Below, piece after piece: positions 13,838-25,400 of a DNA stretch of 64,000 nt (position 1 is its first letter; the number at the start of each line of letters is the position of its first letter). The notes under the pieces were generated by a model, which was not told the origin of the DNA, did not search any database, and saw only the letters and a program-made list of their open reading frames with translations. A program made the translations under genes and the position numbers. Where the stretch lies: positions 43,774,001 through 43,838,000 of the forward strand of contig CM052818.1 in the NCBI GenBank assembly GCA_028534125.1, written 5' to 3'. The stretch comes from Lama glama. Taxonomy: Eukaryota.

Positions 13838-14030
13838 ATAATGCCCATTTATTCAGTTCTTAATATGCAGCAAACACTATGTCAGGCACAACATTCGTAG
13901 TCCCATGACAACTTCACAAAATAAATTTGGTTCTCATTGCCCTTCTCCTTATGTGGAGACTGAAAATGAGAAAAGTTAAAGAGTTCCCTCAAGCTCATGC
14001 AGCTGGTGGTCAGCAGAGCTGCGGCGACTC
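13838..14030 (-). mobile_element. MIR SINE
   Basis: 'gagactgaaaatgagaaaagttaaagagttccctcaagctcatgcagctgg' antisense MIR core. Confidence 0.65.
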
Positions 14031-14514
14031 CCTCAAGCCCTTCTTTCTCACGCTGACTTCTTTTCACCCAGCAGGGACGTGTGGGTGCCACTCTGCTCTT
14101 CAAAGTGGCTCCACCAGCCCGTCACTGTGCAGGACCCTTCCTGGTCTCTGACTGCAGAACCAAATAACACTTTGACATTTAAAATTCAAAAGCAAAAATC
14201 CCTAGAAGGCAAAGAGCGTCTTTGCAATCATTTTTTTCCTCCCAAGGGAAATCCATCAACATGGGAAAGTAAGATTAAAATGTTAACGGGGGTGTTGAAT
14301 GCCCAGGCAGGGGTGGAGATAATCAGGAAAAACATGGTGACTCTTCTTGGACAGCAGGAATGGATTCCCTAATGTTGGAGAAAAACGTGCTCAAATCCCC
14401 TTTCCCCTCTGAAGTTTGGTTTCTCCACCTGTAAAATACAAGGGTTCAAACAAATGATCTGTGTATTATTAGTCAGAATCCCCTGTGTTCAAACAACCCA
14501 CCAAATCAAACGTG

Positions 14515-14700
14515 AATGATGGAAGATAGATGGGTGGATGAGTGGAAGGTTGGATGGATGATACATAGAGAGATACAAAGATGGATGGATGGATGGACAG
14601 ATGGACGGATGGATGGACAGATGGGTGGATGAATGGAATGATAGATGAATAGATAGATAGATGGATAAGGTAGTTGGACTGAAGATAGTACATAGACAAA
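14515..14700. repeat. Degenerate (GGAT)n/(GATA)n tetranucleotide microsatellite
   Basis: Direct: atggatggatggatggacagatggacggatggatgg...atagatagatag. Confidence 0.9.
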
Positions 14701-15186
14701 TAGGTCCATTTAATCATTCCATGGAAAGGTAGGGTTGAAATTCGCCTGGGAATCAACTAAATCCAGAAATTTGGAGTCTTCCTGCTGGTGCGCTCACTTT
14801 CTCTCCCTTTTCCCCTCCCCAGTCTTTTCCGTGGAATGACCCTATTTGATCCATAATAAGTCATGTTTCCTTCACTGGAGTGAATCGTGCCAGTTCAGGG
14901 AATGCATCTCTGAGCAGCAGTGTGACCAGCCCACCAAGCTTTCCTCTTTCACTTCCAGACTACATGCTCTTCTTCATTTTTATCTCCTTGTTTCTTACCC
15001 TCCTGGAGTGTGATGTGCAGATATTTCTATAAAATATGTACCATTAGAATGTGATGAATTAGAGGAAGATTAGTGGATCCCAGGTGAACAGTTAGAAACT
15101 AAGAGCTTACAAACCGGATTAGATTTCTCTTGATAAATTACTGGTGCAATTGATGCTCTGCTTTGTGGCACGTCCATGCACTAGAC

Positions 15187-15764
15187 TGTTACCAGGCAGA
15201 ATAACGGGCTCCCACAATGCCCAGAGCCTAATCCCCGGAGCCTTTAAGTATGATACATTACATGATAAAGGAATTTCCCAAAGGGAATTAAAGTTACAGA
15301 GTTTAAAACAGGGATGTGTTCCTGGATTATCCAGGTGGGCCCCATCTAATCACATGGGCTCTTCAGGTGCAAGAGGGAGGCAGAAGGGTCAGCAAAGAGA
15401 GAGGCCACATCCGAGGAGAGACGAGAGGGGTGCAAAGTGGGGGAGGGACCAGGTTGTCACTCCTACTCGCTTTGAAGCTGGAGGAAGGGAGCCATGGGCC
15501 AGGCAGGTGGTTCTAGAAATTGCGACCCACGCTCCACTGACAGCCAAGAACCCGGGAGAACCGACATCTGCCAGCAACCTAGAGAAGCCAGAATTCCCCT
15601 CCAGAGCTTCCAGGAAGGCATGCGGCTCTGCAGACACCTTGGTTTTAGCCCCTGAATCCTGTGTAGCCCTCCTGATCTGCAAAACAGCAAGAGAACAAAT
15701 TTGTTTTGTTTTAAGCTACTAACTTCGCAGTAATTTGTTACAGCTGCAGCAGAAAAATACTACA
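15187..15764 (+). mobile_element. MLT1D/E-type MaLR solo LTR
   Basis: TG...CA ends; 'cctggattatccaggtgggccc', 'gctttgaagctggaggaaggg', 'gacaccttggttttagccc', 'gtaatttgttacagc'. Confidence 0.85.
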
Positions 15765-15948
15765 CCCAGGTGAAACTGCTGTTTTTTCTTTTATGGAAAG
15801 TATTCAGGAAGTGGATTTCTTAACTGATTAGTTCAGCCCCAGAAAGTAGATGTTTGATGGTCTTGGCAGATCAGGGTCTCCCTGGTCTAGATTCCCTTTT
15901 TAAGAATATTGTAGGGGCTTTTTCTCATTTGCAATGTAAAAAGAAATC

Positions 15949-16568
15949 AAAAGTCTTTTTTTTGTTTTTTGTTTTCCCTTTTTTTCATTTTTCAGTTGTA
16001 TTAGGTAAAATTGATATAATTTGACTGCACATATTAACTCATTGCATGTTAATACATATATACAAGTTACTGCACATCTTTTAATTTACATATCTGTACT
16101 GTTCATTGTTTCCAAGAACAGTTTAGATCTTTAGTTTTTTAAACATAACATTATTATTTATCAAAGGAATAAAGCCAACCACAAAATAAGAGTCAACAGA
16201 TTGCAGTAATCCAATTATAAAGGACAGTCAAATGTGCTTACTACACATATTCAAGAAATCAATTATCTAAGTTATAAACATTAAGTAGTTCATTTGTGTC
16301 CTTTTTATTTAGATTCCACATATGACTGATACCATAAGACATTTTTCTTTCTCTTTCTGGCTTATTTCACTTAGAATGATGATCTCCAGGTCCATCCATG
16401 TTGCTGCAAATGGTATTATTTTATTCTTTTTTATGGCTGAGTAGTATTCCATTGTATAAATATACCACATCTTCTTTACCCAGTCATTTGTTGATGGACA
16501 TTTGGGTTGTAAGCATGTCTTGGTTATTGTAAATAGTGCTGCTGTGAACGTTGTTCTTAAAAGTCTTT
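15949..16568 (-). mobile_element. TSD-flanked L1-mediated insertion: young L1 3' segment (~16285-16553) + non-L1 segment + poly(A)
   Basis: AAAAGTCTTT at 15949-15958 and 16559-16568; T-rich tail 15959-15992; L1 3' motifs 'ttagattccacatatga', 'tccaggtccatccatgttgctgcaaatgg', 'gtaaatagtgctgctgtgaac'. Confidence 0.8.
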
Positions 16569-17105
16569 GTTAAGAGTAGAGTCCATGCTATATAGAAAAT
16601 GAGTTTTTGGCGGGGAGAGATTATCTACACACACAGACAGACTCCCAAACAGCAGTGTTTTACAGCTGAGACTCATTAGCCAGCATGGCCAAGAGAAGCA
16701 CCTTTCCATGGCCTTGCTGCACAGCTTTCTGGCCTGGACACTTCTTTCCTAAATTGCCCATAATTGCCAAGCTCCTGGCTGTTATTTTTATAGCATTCTG
16801 CTTTGCACTTCACTGACTTTCTACTAATCTCAAATGCTCCTAGTATTTGTTTATAATTCTGTTCAAGATAAAAATTCTACCCCAAAAGTTATTTCCATAG
16901 AGACATTTCTTACTCAAAGTGACCCTATAAAATGCTGGCTGCCTGTTTTACTTATTAACATGGAAGACAGCAATGTGAAGTTGTAATTCTGTCCCCAACC
17001 TGAATGTCACCTGTACAAATTCTCCTTGACAGCTGCATTTTTTCTAACTATGTACTAAGGCAACAGAAAGCTTTTAAACCTGTTTACCTGTTTTAAGAAT
17101 CCCAG

Positions 17106-18330
17106 TTCTAATAAGATGGCAGATAATGCAAAAAGGAAAAGAAAAAAAAAAAAGGAAAGAGAAAGAATCATCTTTTCTCACTAAAATCTTAAGAAAAAAT
17201 AACAGAAGGATAACATATATCCTTGACTCCTTGAATTAATAAAGGCTTGAAAACTAGAAGTTGAAGCATGTGAACATGTGAGGCAGCCAACCTTGGTGGG
17301 TTTGCTAAACCCAGAAACATAGGATCTGGAGTATTAACACTCAGATGAAGCCTGGAGGTGAGATCTGGGGCCCAAATAAGCCAGGAGTTGCAAATGAAAC
17401 CACCACTAATCTCCCTAGATACAGCACCAGCAGTGAAAGGGGAGTCAGAAAATAAACCTCCCCTCTGCCCCGTAAGCCAGCAGGAAAGCTTATCTGTCTC
17501 TGCCAGCACTTCACACGAGTTTGAATCTAAATTTATATCACCCAAGCCACCAGGCAGAACTAAATATGAATGGCTTTGGAGACACTTCGAAGACACAGGC
17601 CACATAGGATTTCCCATGGGACACAGGAGTGGGGAGCTGGGTGGGGCAGAGGCCCTCTCAGTTGAGCTCACAATCAAAAATTACAAAGTGCATGAGGAAA
17701 GCAGCCGTCCTGAGCAGAAGGAAGCAGACACTCCATGAGGATCGCTATAGCCTAATGACCTTAGTCAATAAAACAAAAATCTGAAAGACAAATGACTAAA
17801 GACAAAATGAAAAAAAATAATCAGCTCAGTAAGAAAAGGAAAGAAAAAGAAAAGCTATTTGAAAACAAAACAAAACAAAACAGATTTGACAGGGAGAAGA
17901 ATAGAACTTTTGGAAATAAAAAGGATTGTCCTTGAAGTTAAAAATTCCCTGGACAGAGGAAACAGATTGGACTCACGGGAATAAGGAATTAGTGTCATGA
18001 GGAATCTATTTGATGAACATTTCCAGAAAAAAACAAGGAATAACAAGGACATGGTAAATATAAAGGGTCCTTAAATGAGGATGGAATGAGGTCCAGTGTT
18101 CATCTACAACCAGAAGGCAATGGAAAGGATGGCGGGGAAGCAATGTTTGAAGAGCTGACAGCTGGAGACGTTTCCGAAGTGATGAAATAACATGTATTCT
18201 TGGACTAAAACAGCACTCAGAAGTGGACATTGAATTAAATCTAGAAGCATGCTCGTATATATAGACACATGCACATAGACACATAGACACACTTAGACAT
18301 GAGACAGACTCTCCAAATCACCAGAAAGGC
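17106..18330 (+). mobile_element. Ancient L1M/HAL1-like 5' region with decayed ORF1
   Basis: 'aagatggcaga' start; ORF1-like 'atagaacttttggaaataaaaa...gaagttaaaaattccctggacag' and 'gaagcaatgtttgaagagctgacagctggagacgtttcc'; many stops. Confidence 0.6.
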
Positions 18331-18514
18331 AAGGTTGTGTGCACTAACATGCGTAAGGGCTCAGAGCCGCACCCCGCACACAACACGGAACGTGTGACTG
18401 TTAACTATTATTCTTCTTACTGCTGTAATGCTCTGCCACCACTGTTACTATTCACTTAGCTTCTCTGTATCTTAATGAATTCCGTAACAGGTAGTACCAG
18501 TGAAGGAAGTGGTT

Positions 18515-18990
18515 ACAGTGTGGTTGAAAAATACGTGGCATGAGATAATTTGTATGAAGCTTAAACTGAGAGGGAGGCCAAGAGCCATATTATTTTATGA
18601 AATGGATGCCTGGCAAATCTGAAGACAGTGGTTACCTGTGAGGACGAGGAAGGGAGGAGGTATGGAATGGGACAGTCAGGCTGCAGACACACTTCTCAGG
18701 TTTGGGCACCAAAAACAAATTCTGGAGCAAACATGGCAACGCTGTCTAATTTCAGCCGCGGCCGCCTCCAGCCGCGGCTGTGGATGGCGAGCTCGCTCAG
18801 CTGGCCAAGGCCGGGCACGACGTGCCAAGCCCTGTCCCCTGCTGCAGGGTTGCTTCTGACTGAAAGAAAGCAAGTCTTTTTCTGCTTCACATACAGACGT
18901 AAGTTCATGGTGACCCTGTGGGCAAATGGGCGCCTGTTATATTATTTTCCGTACTTTCCTATGTTTGAAATATGTCATCACTTTAAAAAG
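18515..18990 (+). mobile_element. L1ME-type 3' end with an internal GC-rich insert
   Basis: 'acagtggttacctgtgagg', 'gagcaaacatggcaa', 'gttatattattttccgtactttcctatgtttgaaatat'. Confidence 0.6.
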
Positions 18991-19329
18991 GGACCATGAC
19001 GGCCTGCGCAGAGCTTCAGGTGAAAACAGAATTCCTGTTGCTCAAAACTGTCACAGTTCCTGTGCAGTTTTATCACGTAACAGGCCAGTTTTCTGTCTTC
19101 AAACAACATAACACAGGCCAGGGTTTGGGGTCTCCCTGTCCCTATCTGAAAAATGGTTTAAGAATTACAAGATGATTACCCCAGGAATCAGTGGCAGGAA
19201 ACATGGATTTCAACTTCCCAAACATAACATAACATAGCTTCCAAGTGTCTTAACAAAACACTGGGAGGACTAGAAACCACCTTTTATGTCCTGCTTTTAA
19301 AACATCAAGGAGGCTTACGTCACTCCAGA

Positions 19330-19705
19330 GCACTGGCTGCCAGAAGTTAGAGACTGGTGGAGGGGATGGTTGGGTGTGAACAGAAAGAGACAGGAGACAG
19401 ATATTTTGGTGGCGATAGAACAGTTTTGTATCTTGATTGTTGTAATTACAGAAATCTGCATGTGTGATAAGTTGGCGTAGAACTTTGCAAATCAGTGCCC
19501 TTGCAAATCAGTTCCTACAACACTGGTGGAACCTGAAAAAGGAGACACATTGATCAACGTCAATTTCCCAACTTTCTGGCTTTGATATCATTCTGTGTCT
19601 TACAAGATGCTGCCACGAGGAGAAACCAAGTGCAAGTCCACTCCATTGCTTTTGCAACTTCCTGTGACTATGATTACTTCAAAATTAAAAAGTGAAAAAA
19701 ATAAG
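19330..19705 (+). mobile_element. L1MC/MD-type 3' end
   Basis: 'ggtggcgatagaacagttttgtatcttgattgt' and 'ttttgcaacttcctgtgactatgattacttcaaaattaaaaagt'. Confidence 0.7.
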
Positions 19706-22021
19706 TGAAAACAAAAAAGGAGGAGGGGGAGGAAGGACGAGGAGGGGGAAGAGAAGAAATTGAATTCTTTGGGGTTTTTTTGTTTTTTCTCCTGGCTCCA
19801 AAGGTTAAGTCTTTGCTCTGGCTTGGTAATTTTTCATATGAAGCATGCAGGAGAATATAAATTCAAATAGTGTTGTTTGTGAAAATGTACATGGTAAATA
19901 CACACGGTTACATAGGTGGGCCTTTTCCTTGGAGGAACTAGGAACTTCTCTAGTGGGCGGGGGTTGTGAAGGAGGGGAGACGGGTGGGAGGGTAGTTTAT
20001 AGTCTCATGTGTCTTTTGAAAACGTCCCTCAGATCATTCTGGCCATCACCTCTCTCCAGCCCACTCACTCCCTCTCCCAGTTGAGACCCATGTCCACTTT
20101 ATAGGAACATGGAAGATGTTGACTCTAACCTTACATTGGTTTTCAGCTGGAGAAAGAATTGGATACTTTTTCCCATGATCTGCGGCTCATTAAAAACATG
20201 GGATCCACTTCCAGGTCACCCACCTGATGACCCCAGAGCTCCCATAACTGTTATTAGGGAAAAAGCTTGAAGTTTCAAGTTAATTTCTTGGCACAACTAA
20301 CATTTCAGCAGAGGAATAAGGGTCGTTGCTTCGGTCTCATTATTGCCAGCAGGGTAGCATCTAGTGATGTAGAGGCTGATTTTCCCACCCACCCCACTCA
20401 GAAAAATACCCAGCAGCCTACAGGTCTTTTAAGATAACAGGGTCAGGTAATTATTTCAAAAGAGACATTATGCTCTCTCATCTCCAGTGTTTGCTGATAA
20501 GTGGTGAGATAAATTGGAACAAGTGTAAGAGGCAAGTGCCAGATAAAAGGTCTGCATGGTGTTCCACGATGTTCTTTCTCATTGCTGAGCTGCTGCCCAA
20601 AACTGCATAAAATCAATTCTCTGTGGAATCCAGGGGCTTTCTGAAGATGTATGTTTCCAATTCTAAACCAGCAATATAGAGCCTACTAACTTCTGAAAAC
20701 TCTGACTTGCTCATTTTTTTAAATCTGGCCAACACATACAATCAGGAATTCACTCTCTTAGGTTAGAGAAGCATCATTTAACCCCAGATAATTTGTGTTT
20801 GTATCCTATGTTTGCCACATGCCTGCTCTATGACCTTGGATAAGTTAACTTACTTCTTAACTTTGGTCCCTTCATTTGTAAAATACAATTAATGTTTGTT
20901 CATACTTACTGTGTATATGTTTGGAGTATTAAACTACACTAATATATGCAAATTCTTGAGCACCATATCAGGGTTATAGGATAAACTTCAAGCTCAGTAA
21001 ATGATAACCAGTATATCTTTATTAGTGTTTCACCCAAAAAAGAAAAGGCACGAAGCCTGAGTCTGGGATTCAATTTCACTCTGACGTATAATATGTGATC
21101 TTGAAGATTATAACTAGCTGCTAACTGTCCAAGTGTTTCCAACTATAAAAGAAGGGCAGATGCACGTTCTACTCAAAGACACGAGCACAGCAGGGGGAAA
21201 CATATATGGAAACGTAAGGCTCTAAACAGTTGTAAGAATGACTTACTGGTCTCTTAAAATCACTCTTTTGAAATAGGAGGAAATGCCCAGGCAGTGTTGA
21301 CAGTATCATCACACGTAGATACAGGAGAGTGACATCACCACGCGGGTCCTCATGGCCTCTGTCCTGTCCTGCACGGTTGTTAGAAGCCCTGGACTTTCCT
21401 CCCACCAGATACTGCCTCATCCCCCAATTTAGTACACAACTGAATCAAGCCCGTAAGAGATGATTCTAAACATATCTCTTCTGTGCTAAAAATATCCAAT
21501 AGATTTCCATGGTATCAAAATAAAAGACAATACACAACGTGTAAATATTTGACACACATTCGATTCTCATGACCATGCTTCCAAAACTTCTTTTCCAAAC
21601 CTTCTTCCACTCTGTCTTCATAGACTTTGTACCTGTAAACGACTCACTGTCACCCCACCAGAGTCCTATGTTTTTCTCTCTGCTCAACCTTTGCACACGC
21701 CGTCTGCTCTCCTTTGATCACTTTGCTCCATCTTACATGTATGTGCTCCTGTACGAACGCCCCCCGTCTCCAAAGTAGGGTTCAGATGCTATTTATGTAT
21801 CTTGTTCATCCCCCAGCCCGCTGTATTCATGCCCTGTCGTTGCTGTAATGAATTAGTACAAACTTCAAACTTCAGAAATTTATTTTGTCACAGTTCTAGA
21901 GGCAAGAAGACTGAAATCAAAGTCTCAGCAGAGCTGGACTGTCTCCAGAGCATCTAGGGAAGAGTCCATTCCTTGCCTCTTCCAGCTTCCGGTGGCTGTC
22001 AGTGTTCCCTGCCTTGTTGCC

Positions 22022-22081
22022 TGTATCAGCAGGGTTTTTCAGAGAAACAGCACCAGTAGGATGGAGTCTTTCAATCTCTCC

Positions 22082-22125
<44 letters not shown>

Positions 22126-22605
22126 ATAAATCTATATCTATGTATCTCTGTGTACATATCTATTATTTATATCTGTACATACAGAGAGAAAGAGAGGGAT
22201 ACATGCAAATAGAGAAATTTCTTTTAAGTCATTGGCTCATGTGATTAAGGAGACTGGCAAGTCTAAAATCTGCAGGGAGATATCCAGGCTAGAGACCCAG
22301 GAGAGCTAATGTTGCAGCTTGAATCCAAAGGCCACCTGTTGGCAGAATTCCTTCTTGTTCAGGAGAAGTCAGTCCTTGTTCTATTCAGATCTTCAGCTGA
22401 TTGGATGAAGCCCACCCATATTATGGAGGGCAATCTGCTTTACTTAAAGTCCACTGATTTAAATGTTAATCTCATCCACAAAAAAAAAAACAACCAAAAA
22501 ACAAAAAACAAAAAAACCACCCTCACAGAAACATCAACAATAATATTTGATCAGAATCTGAAAACTGTGGTCCGGCCAAATTGACACATGAAGTTAGCCA
22601 CCACC
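22022..22605 (-). mobile_element. MLT2 (ERVL) solo LTR nested in MLT1C
   Basis: 'cagggtttttcagagaaacagcaccagtagg', 'gattggatgaagcccaccc', 'aaattgacacatgaagttagcca'; TSD TTGCC (22017-22021) / TGGCC (22606-22610). Confidence 0.85.
22085..22114. repeat. (TC)n microsatellite inside MLT2
   Basis: Direct. Confidence 0.9.
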
Positions 22606-23777
22606 TGGCCTCATGCTTCCAGCCTCTGCCTCTTTCTCTTCTATGTTATCTCTCCCTCTATGTTTCTATCCTGTAAAAATACAAGTGTTTGGATTCAGAG
22701 CCCACCTGGTTAATCCACAATAAGCTCCTCCTTGGAAGATTCTTAAGTTAATTACATCTGCAAAGACCCTATTTCCAAATAAGGTAACATTTACCCTTTT
22801 ACTATAGAAGGTAATATTCACAGTATCCAGAGACTAGAATGCATACATCATTTTGGAGGCCACCATTCAATCCACTATATTCCTCCAGCCAAAAGTAATG
22901 TGTTATTCTTCTAAAGTTTTGTATAACTTCTCCATACCCTTAGTGTCCGTGGGTAACCACTTTTTAATTACATCATTTCATAATCATTCAAAAACAAATA
23001 TCAATCACCCTGTCCCGTGGCAGACACTGTGCCAGCTGCTGGGCTCACAAAGAAGACTAAAGATGGTCTTGGCTCTCAACAGGCCTACTACCTAGAAGAA
23101 AAGTCCCTGTAAAGAAATAGTCCAAGTCCTATATGGTATGTAAACTCAGAACATGCCAGCTGTCCCCCTGCTTTCAAATCACCTCCCATTTATATCCCTA
23201 TGATAGCACTTGAAACATCAGTTAAGACCAACTGTCTACATGTCATCTCTCACCAGACTCTAAGCTCCATTTGTGTCTTTTTCTAATGTCCATGTCCTTA
23301 GTGCCTCATACGGATGCCTCGCCTAGAGGAGATCTTTGGCAAAGTGTTTTGAATTAATTAAATAATCTAACAAAATTATTAAGCTGCCACTAAGTGTCAG
23401 GTACTCTTCCAGATGCTACACCTATAGCAGTATACAGCCATTCAAAATGCCTACTCTCATGAAGACCTGTTAAACTCTAGCGGGTGGAGGGACACACACA
23501 TGAATTAATTAACAACTCTGTGCTTTGTAAAGACGAACAGGCAACTCTTGATGGAGGAATAGAGTAAGTGCTGAGTCAGACTGCTGGAAGGCGTGCAGAG
23601 GTGAAGGGAGAGCGGAAAGAGCACCGGATGTGCTGACCGACATGGTTACGTTTGATTGATCTGTTGTCGACTTCATGAGGGGAAAGGATTCTTGTTCATA
23701 TTTCTATCACTCTTGTGTTAAACTCAATGTCTTGAACAGAGGATATTCTCAAATCTCAGCAACTGCCTAGATTATTG

Positions 23778-23974
23778 TGCTGTTTCTTATGGTAGCCACT
23801 AATCCCATGTGGCTGTTCTAATTTATCAGAATTAACTATTAAAACTTCAGTTCCTTAGTCGCATGAGCTGCATTTCAACTGTTCAAGAGTTGTGTGTGGC
23901 TAGTAGCGACTGTACTGAAGAGCACAGGTATTGAACAGAGCCACTCTTGCAGAAAGTTCTGCTGGATGATACTG
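23778..23974. mobile_element. MER3-like hAT-Charlie MITE
   Basis: 'ggtagccactaatcccatgtggct...ttcagttccttagtcgca...gtggctagtagcgactgtactg...gcagaaagttctgctgga'. Confidence 0.75.
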
Positions 23975-24649
23975 GTCCAGAACGAAGAAAGGAACTGATA
24001 AGCACATCTCAAAATGTTAAACCAGAAAGATTCCTTACATCTCAGGAATCCAGCTTCCTCTTTTTACATTTGGAGACAATGAGACCCAGAGAGGCAAACC
24101 ACCTGCCAAATTTCAATGCTGCATTGGTCCCAAGTGCGTTGATTTTCCATGATAGGTTGGAGTCTTTCCTCTGCACCTCATTTATACTGAATCAGACTAC
24201 ACCTGGCTTTTGCTTTAGTGGTTTCCAAGAGGAAACATTTTATTGTGAAGTGCTCTCTTGTAGCAAAGTTCACCAAGGTCTTTCTGGTGTCACTCTGGGC
24301 AATATAGGTGAGAAGTTTACAAGACCATTCCTGGGTAGCTGAGTCAACCCTTCCAGTTATCAGATCAACTGGGACAGTTAATCAGATCAAGGGGATGGGT
24401 TTAACCCTGTCACCAGCTGAAAATCAACACCCAGGAGTTGTAGTGACCAATCACTGGAGATGGACACTGGGAAAATGAAGAAGAGGCAGTGAATCACAGC
24501 AGAAAGGCTAATGCTCATGTTCACGTTCTGTATTAACACTGTGGCCTTGGGTAGATTCCCTTTATACATTGAGACTGTTCCCTTTTCTACAAAATAGAAA
24601 TAATGACAGCAGTATCATTAAGTGGTTTTGCATATTAAATGTTGATTAC

Positions 24650-25013
24650 TGCCTTAGTTCATTCAGGCTGCTAGGACAAATTACCATGGACTGAGTAGCT
24701 TATAAACAACAGAAATTTATTGCTCACAGTTGTGGAGGCTGGAAGTACAAGGTCAAGGTGTCAGCATGGTTGCTGTCTTGTGAGGGTGGTCTTCCTGGAT
24801 TGTAGTTGGTGCCTTTTTGCTGGGTCTTCACATGGTGGAGGGGGGTAAGGTTCTCTCTGGAACCTCTTTCATAAAGTACTAGTCCCATTTGTGTGGGCTT
24901 TACCTTCATGATCTAAGCATCTCCTGAGGGCCCCACCTTCTAATACCATCATCTTTGAGGGTTAGGATTCGACGTGTACATTTTGGAGGGACCCAAATTT
25001 TCAAGCCATGACA
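24650..25013 (-). mobile_element. MLT1A/A0 MaLR solo LTR inserted in a MIR
   Basis: 'gcttataaacaacagaaatttattgctcacagttgtggaggctggaagt', 'ggccccaccttctaataccatca'; ATTAC at 24645-24649 and 25013-25017; MIR sequence on both flanks. Confidence 0.85.
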
Positions 25014-25179
25014 TTACATAGTAAGTGACTCAAAGGACATTCTAAAAAGTGGTAGCTTTACAATAATTATGATGTTATTTCTATACTATCATTAGGAGAA
25101 GGAGGAGGGAGGTAGGGTGAGGGAGGAGGAAGAGGAGGAAGAAAAAACCATTAGAAAAGCAGATACAGATATGATGATA

Positions 25180-25400
25180 ATAAAAGCAAATCCTTACAGA
25201 GAGCTCATTAGGTACCACGCATTGATCCAAATGCTTGGAATGCATTAATCCATTTAGTGCTTACAACAAGCTTATGGGAATGGAATTAATATTATTTCTG
25301 TTTTACATGTACAGAGACTGAGGCGCAGAGTGATGTACCTAAGATCATCACTAGTAAGTGAACAGGTGAAGTCAAACCCAGACACCGGGGCCCCAGAAAG
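25180..25400 (-). mobile_element. MIR SINE
   Basis: 'attattatttctgttttacatgtacagagactgaggcgcagagtgatgtacctaagatcatcactag'. Confidence 0.7.

Larger units (their letters stand above)
21822..22879 (-). mobile_element. MLT1C-type MaLR solo LTR split by an MLT2 insertion
   Basis: 'cacagttctagaggcaagaagactgaaatcaaag', 'ccttgcctcttccagcttccggtggctg', then after MLT2 'aattacatctgcaaagaccctatttccaaataaggtaac'. Confidence 0.85.

Noticed and set aside
15144..15722. 192-aa ORF
   Set aside because: Lies almost entirely within an MLT1 LTR; no protein similarity recognised.
15993..16284. Possible NUMT
   Set aside because: AT-rich, but I see no mitochondrial tRNA, rRNA or ORF features; treated instead as part of the chimeric insertion.
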